A program made the position numbers and the translations under genes. Below, piece after piece: positions 21,793-24,000 of a stretch of 24,000 bases of DNA; the first letter of the stretch is position 1, and every line of letters starts with the position of its first letter. The notes beneath the pieces were generated by a model. That model was not told where the DNA came from. It was given only the letters and a program-made list of their open reading frames with translations, and searched no databases. This stretch comes from Promethearchaeota archaeon (GTDB lineage: Archaea > Asgardarchaeota > Lokiarchaeia > Sigyniarchaeales > Promethearchaeaceae): positions 9,380 through 33,379 of the forward strand of contig JABCSI010000008.1 of the NCBI GenBank assembly GCA_018238965.1, given 5' to 3'.

Positions 21793-24000
21793 TTACTTTA
21801 TGGCGGATTTAAAGGCTTCGGTGATTAATTGAGGTATTAAGTCAAGAGATTGGAGAAAATGAGGCTTAACTCTGAGAAAAGTCTGAAAATAATTTAGGAT
21901 ACGGATTTCTGAAGTTTCGGGATTAATGAGGTGGAATTCCATTTGATATTTTTGCAATAATTTAAGCTGATTTCGAATTTCTGAGGGAGTTTCATAGATG
22001 GCTAAATCGGAAAATAAAAATGTAACATATTTTTGGTTGATCATCTCCTCCCCGCAAGTTTCCAACAAAGTATCTAAGGTTCGGGCGATCCGAGTTCCTC
22101 CTCCCGCGGTCAGATCCAAAAAATTACCGATCATCCCGTCCCGATCTACTCTCTGGTCAAATTTTTTCCAAAGATAGGTATCGGAATCAAATAGAATAAC
22201 CGAGAAATCTTCGGGGGGGAGAATATATGTCAAAACTGCGGCAGCGAATGTGGCTAACTGCATCTTAATTCCCTCCATCGAACCCGATTTGTCAAGAATT
22301 AGAAAACATTTGATAGATGACCCCCCTTCATTTCGGCAGAGAATATCCTGAGCCTTCAGGTCAGATAAATGCTTCCCCTGATCCAATAAATGGGTGACGG
22401 TTTCCTCCAAATCAACTTGGGAGATGGCATCTCCTGGCCTATAGTATCTTAGATCATGGTGTGGATGGGCTAATCCATGCTTCATGCTTCCCATTTGGGA
22501 TTTTACCAGTAACATCGCTTTATCTAATGTGAACCGCTGCAAGTAAGTCTTTAGCATTGTCCGAATTCGCGGTGGTATTGAATTCCTTGAGAAAAACCAT
22601 TCCTTCAGTAAATTATCCCCTGAGGCTTTTTGCACACCTTGAAGAAACAAGGCATCAATGCGGGGATCTTGGCATTTATTGATTTTTTGGGCAGTATTTT
22701 GTAAATCGAATTCCGCCATGGCCCCGAGAAAGGAAGAATTTTCCATTTGAATTCCATTTTGGATGAGTTCATTCGTTCTTCGAAAATTTGGAGGTAATTG
22801 GTTCAATCCCTCGAGATAAGGTGCGAGGTCAGGTAATTGTGACTGGATCATATCTTGAAGCTTGTGAAAGGGTTGATTGATAAGAGAATCAAATTCTGCC
22901 TGGTCAACATCCAATAAATTGGCTGTTTCCTGGGCTTGTTCATAATCAAAGGGTATTTGCTTTTCAACAAATTGGTTTAGTGTATCTAGAAATTGCTGGG
23001 CGGTGGGGCTTTTTTGCATTAACCGATCTGCCATTTTACGTAAAAATTCTTGAGTTTGGGGTTTCTGCTGTGTTTTGCGTCCATCATATGAAAGATCTTC
23101 CTTAATGCGTGAATTGGTGTTCCCATTTGATTGCGATTGTAATTGATGATTGGGTGTCATTTCGTCCAAGCATTGGCGTAAATCTTGAAAACTCAATTGT
23201 TCCATCTGCCTTTTAAGATCTTTTTTCACGTTATCATCGAAATGGGCGTTTTTACTCAATCTATCCAATAATTGGGCAAGTTGGAATTGGTGATTTTGTG
23301 ATGATAGAGTCTCATTTTGCATAAAATTATTCAGTAAATCATGGCGCTGGTTCCAATTGAGGTTCCTAAGGCGGGATTCCATTTCATTCAATTGTTGCAT
23401 TGTTAAATCCTTAACCAAATTCTCGGGAGGAGGATGGGATATTCCTGTTTTCTCCAACAAATTGAGGTATTCTGACCAAGATTTCAGATTTTCCACATAA
23501 TCCTCTATGAATGGCTGTAGTTCGGGTTTGGGTGTGTCTAACTTTTCCATATTGTTAAAGATCTGGGGCATATACTGCGGGAATTCCTTCTGTTCATCTT
23601 GTAACCCTTTATTCAAATCTTCCTTCAAGCCTTCATTCGATTTTTCGGTTGAAGCTTTGTTTGATTTTCTGGTTGAATTTTTGTTTGAATTTTGATGCAT
23701 ATATTCCCGCATATGTTTTTTCCATTGTTCGGGTTGATCCACTAATTTATGGGCGTAAATTTGCATCTCCTTATCGGTGATATCGGATAATCGTTCCTCC
23801 AGCATACCTCGGCTTTCCAAAAATTGTAAATCCTCTAAAGTTAAATGATCCTTAATTGCTGCGTAGATTTCATCCAACATTTTCATTGGATCTGCGAAAA
23901 TACTTTTTTCTGCCAATAGGAGCCGATCGATTATCTCAACATCCTTCATATATTCCGCTGCGTAATTACTCAATGTCCACAATTTTTCATACGAACCGTA
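21793..24000 (-). CDS. Large vWA-domain protein, partial (N-terminus runs off the right window edge), with a long helical Q/E/K-rich N-terminal region
   Basis: C-terminal vWA domain at nt 21796-22308 with a complete MIDAS: CFLILDKSGSM (D-x-S-x-S), AGGGTRIA (Thr) and FLFSDLAIYE (Asp). The track start at 23982 is a TTG, and the frame stays open upstream to nt 24000 (YGSYEKLWTLSNY...), so the gene is 5'-truncated by the window. Confidence 0.8.
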   Translation of the reverse strand, partial: YGSYEKLWTLSNYAAEYMKDVEIIDRLLLAEKSIFADPMKMLDEIYAAIKDHLTLEDLQFLESRGMLEERLSDITDKEMQIYAHKLVDQPEQWKKHMREYMHQNSNKNSTRKSNKASTEKSNEGLKEDLNKGLQDEQKEFPQYMPQIFNNMEKLDTPKPELQPFIEDYVENLKSWSEYLNLLEKTGISHPPPENLVKDLTMQQLNEMESRLRNLNWNQRHDLLNNFMQNETLSSQNHQFQLAQLLDRLSKNAHFDDNVKKDLKRQMEQLSFQDLRQCLDEMTPNHQLQSQSNGNTNSRIKEDLSYDGRKTQQKPQTQEFLRKMADRLMQKSPTAQQFLDTLNQFVEKQIPFDYEQAQETANLLDVDQAEFDSLINQPFHKLQDMIQSQLPDLAPYLEGLNQLPPNFRRTNELIQNGIQMENSSFLGAMAEFDLQNTAQKINKCQDPRIDALFLQGVQKASGDNLLKEWFFSRNSIPPRIRTMLKTYLQRFTLDKAMLLVKSQMGSMKHGLAHPHHDLRYYRPGDAISQVDLEETVTHLLDQGKHLSDLKAQDILCRNEGGSSIKCFLILDKSGSMEGIKMQLATFAAAVLTYILPPEDFSVILFDSDTYLWKKFDQRVDRDGMIGNFLDLTAGGGTRIARTLDTLLETCGEEMINQKYVTFLFSDLAIYETPSEIRNQLKLLQKYQMEFHLINPETSEIRILNYFQTFLRVKPHFLQSLDLIPQLITEAFKSAIK

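Noticed and set aside
23982-23984. Track start codon of the vWA gene
   Set aside because: It is a TTG chosen only because the window ends. The frame is open for six more codons to nt 24000, so the gene should be treated as 5'-partial.
1-24000. Searched for CRISPR arrays, tRNA/rRNA genes, transposases or integrases, terminal inverted repeats and known defence-system genes
   Set aside because: There are no regularly spaced direct repeats with spacers, no GC-rich cloverleaf-sized islands or T-loop motifs in the spacers, and no recombinase- or defence-like proteins among the ORFs. The only repeats are the short promoter-region tandem duplications already reported.

Overview
AT-rich, gene-dense archaeal chromosomal window. 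It has TATA-type promoters about 25-30 nt upstream of start codons, oligo-T terminators and occasional GGAGG ribosome-binding sites. It contains 20 protein-coding genes, two of them cut by the window edges. I found no rRNA, tRNA, CRISPR array, transposase or integrase. The gene content points to an Asgard-type archaeon (inference). It includes an actin-family protein whose N-terminus is close to eukaryotic actin, an XPF-like ERCC4 nuclease next to a catalytically dead ERCC1-like paralogue, a V4R (TRAPP/Bet3-like fold) protein, a secernin-like C69 Ntn-hydrolase, a stomatin and a large vWA protein. Housekeeping and metabolic genes are FolD, a ClC Cl-/H+ exchanger with CBS domains, a hexulose-phosphate-synthase-like OMPDC-family enzyme, an acyl-CoA dehydrogenase-family protein, an MBL hydrolase, a tandem GNAT, a DEDDh exonuclease, a CPBP intramembrane protease and a Ski2-like helicase. 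The most unusual item is the actin homologue at 7732-9342. It carries a ~165-aa insertion with two C4 zinc ribbons and an acidic tail inside the conserved actin core. Second is the divergent active/inactive ERCC4 pair, which shares a promoter region built of three 19-bp tandem repeats. Other items worth checking are two unusually long non-coding gaps (about 0.7 and 0.6 kb), tandem duplications in the actin promoter, a J-domain-less protein with eight DnaJ-type CxxC zinc knuckles, and GC-elevated gene islands. All functional calls come from motif recognition by eye. No database search was run.
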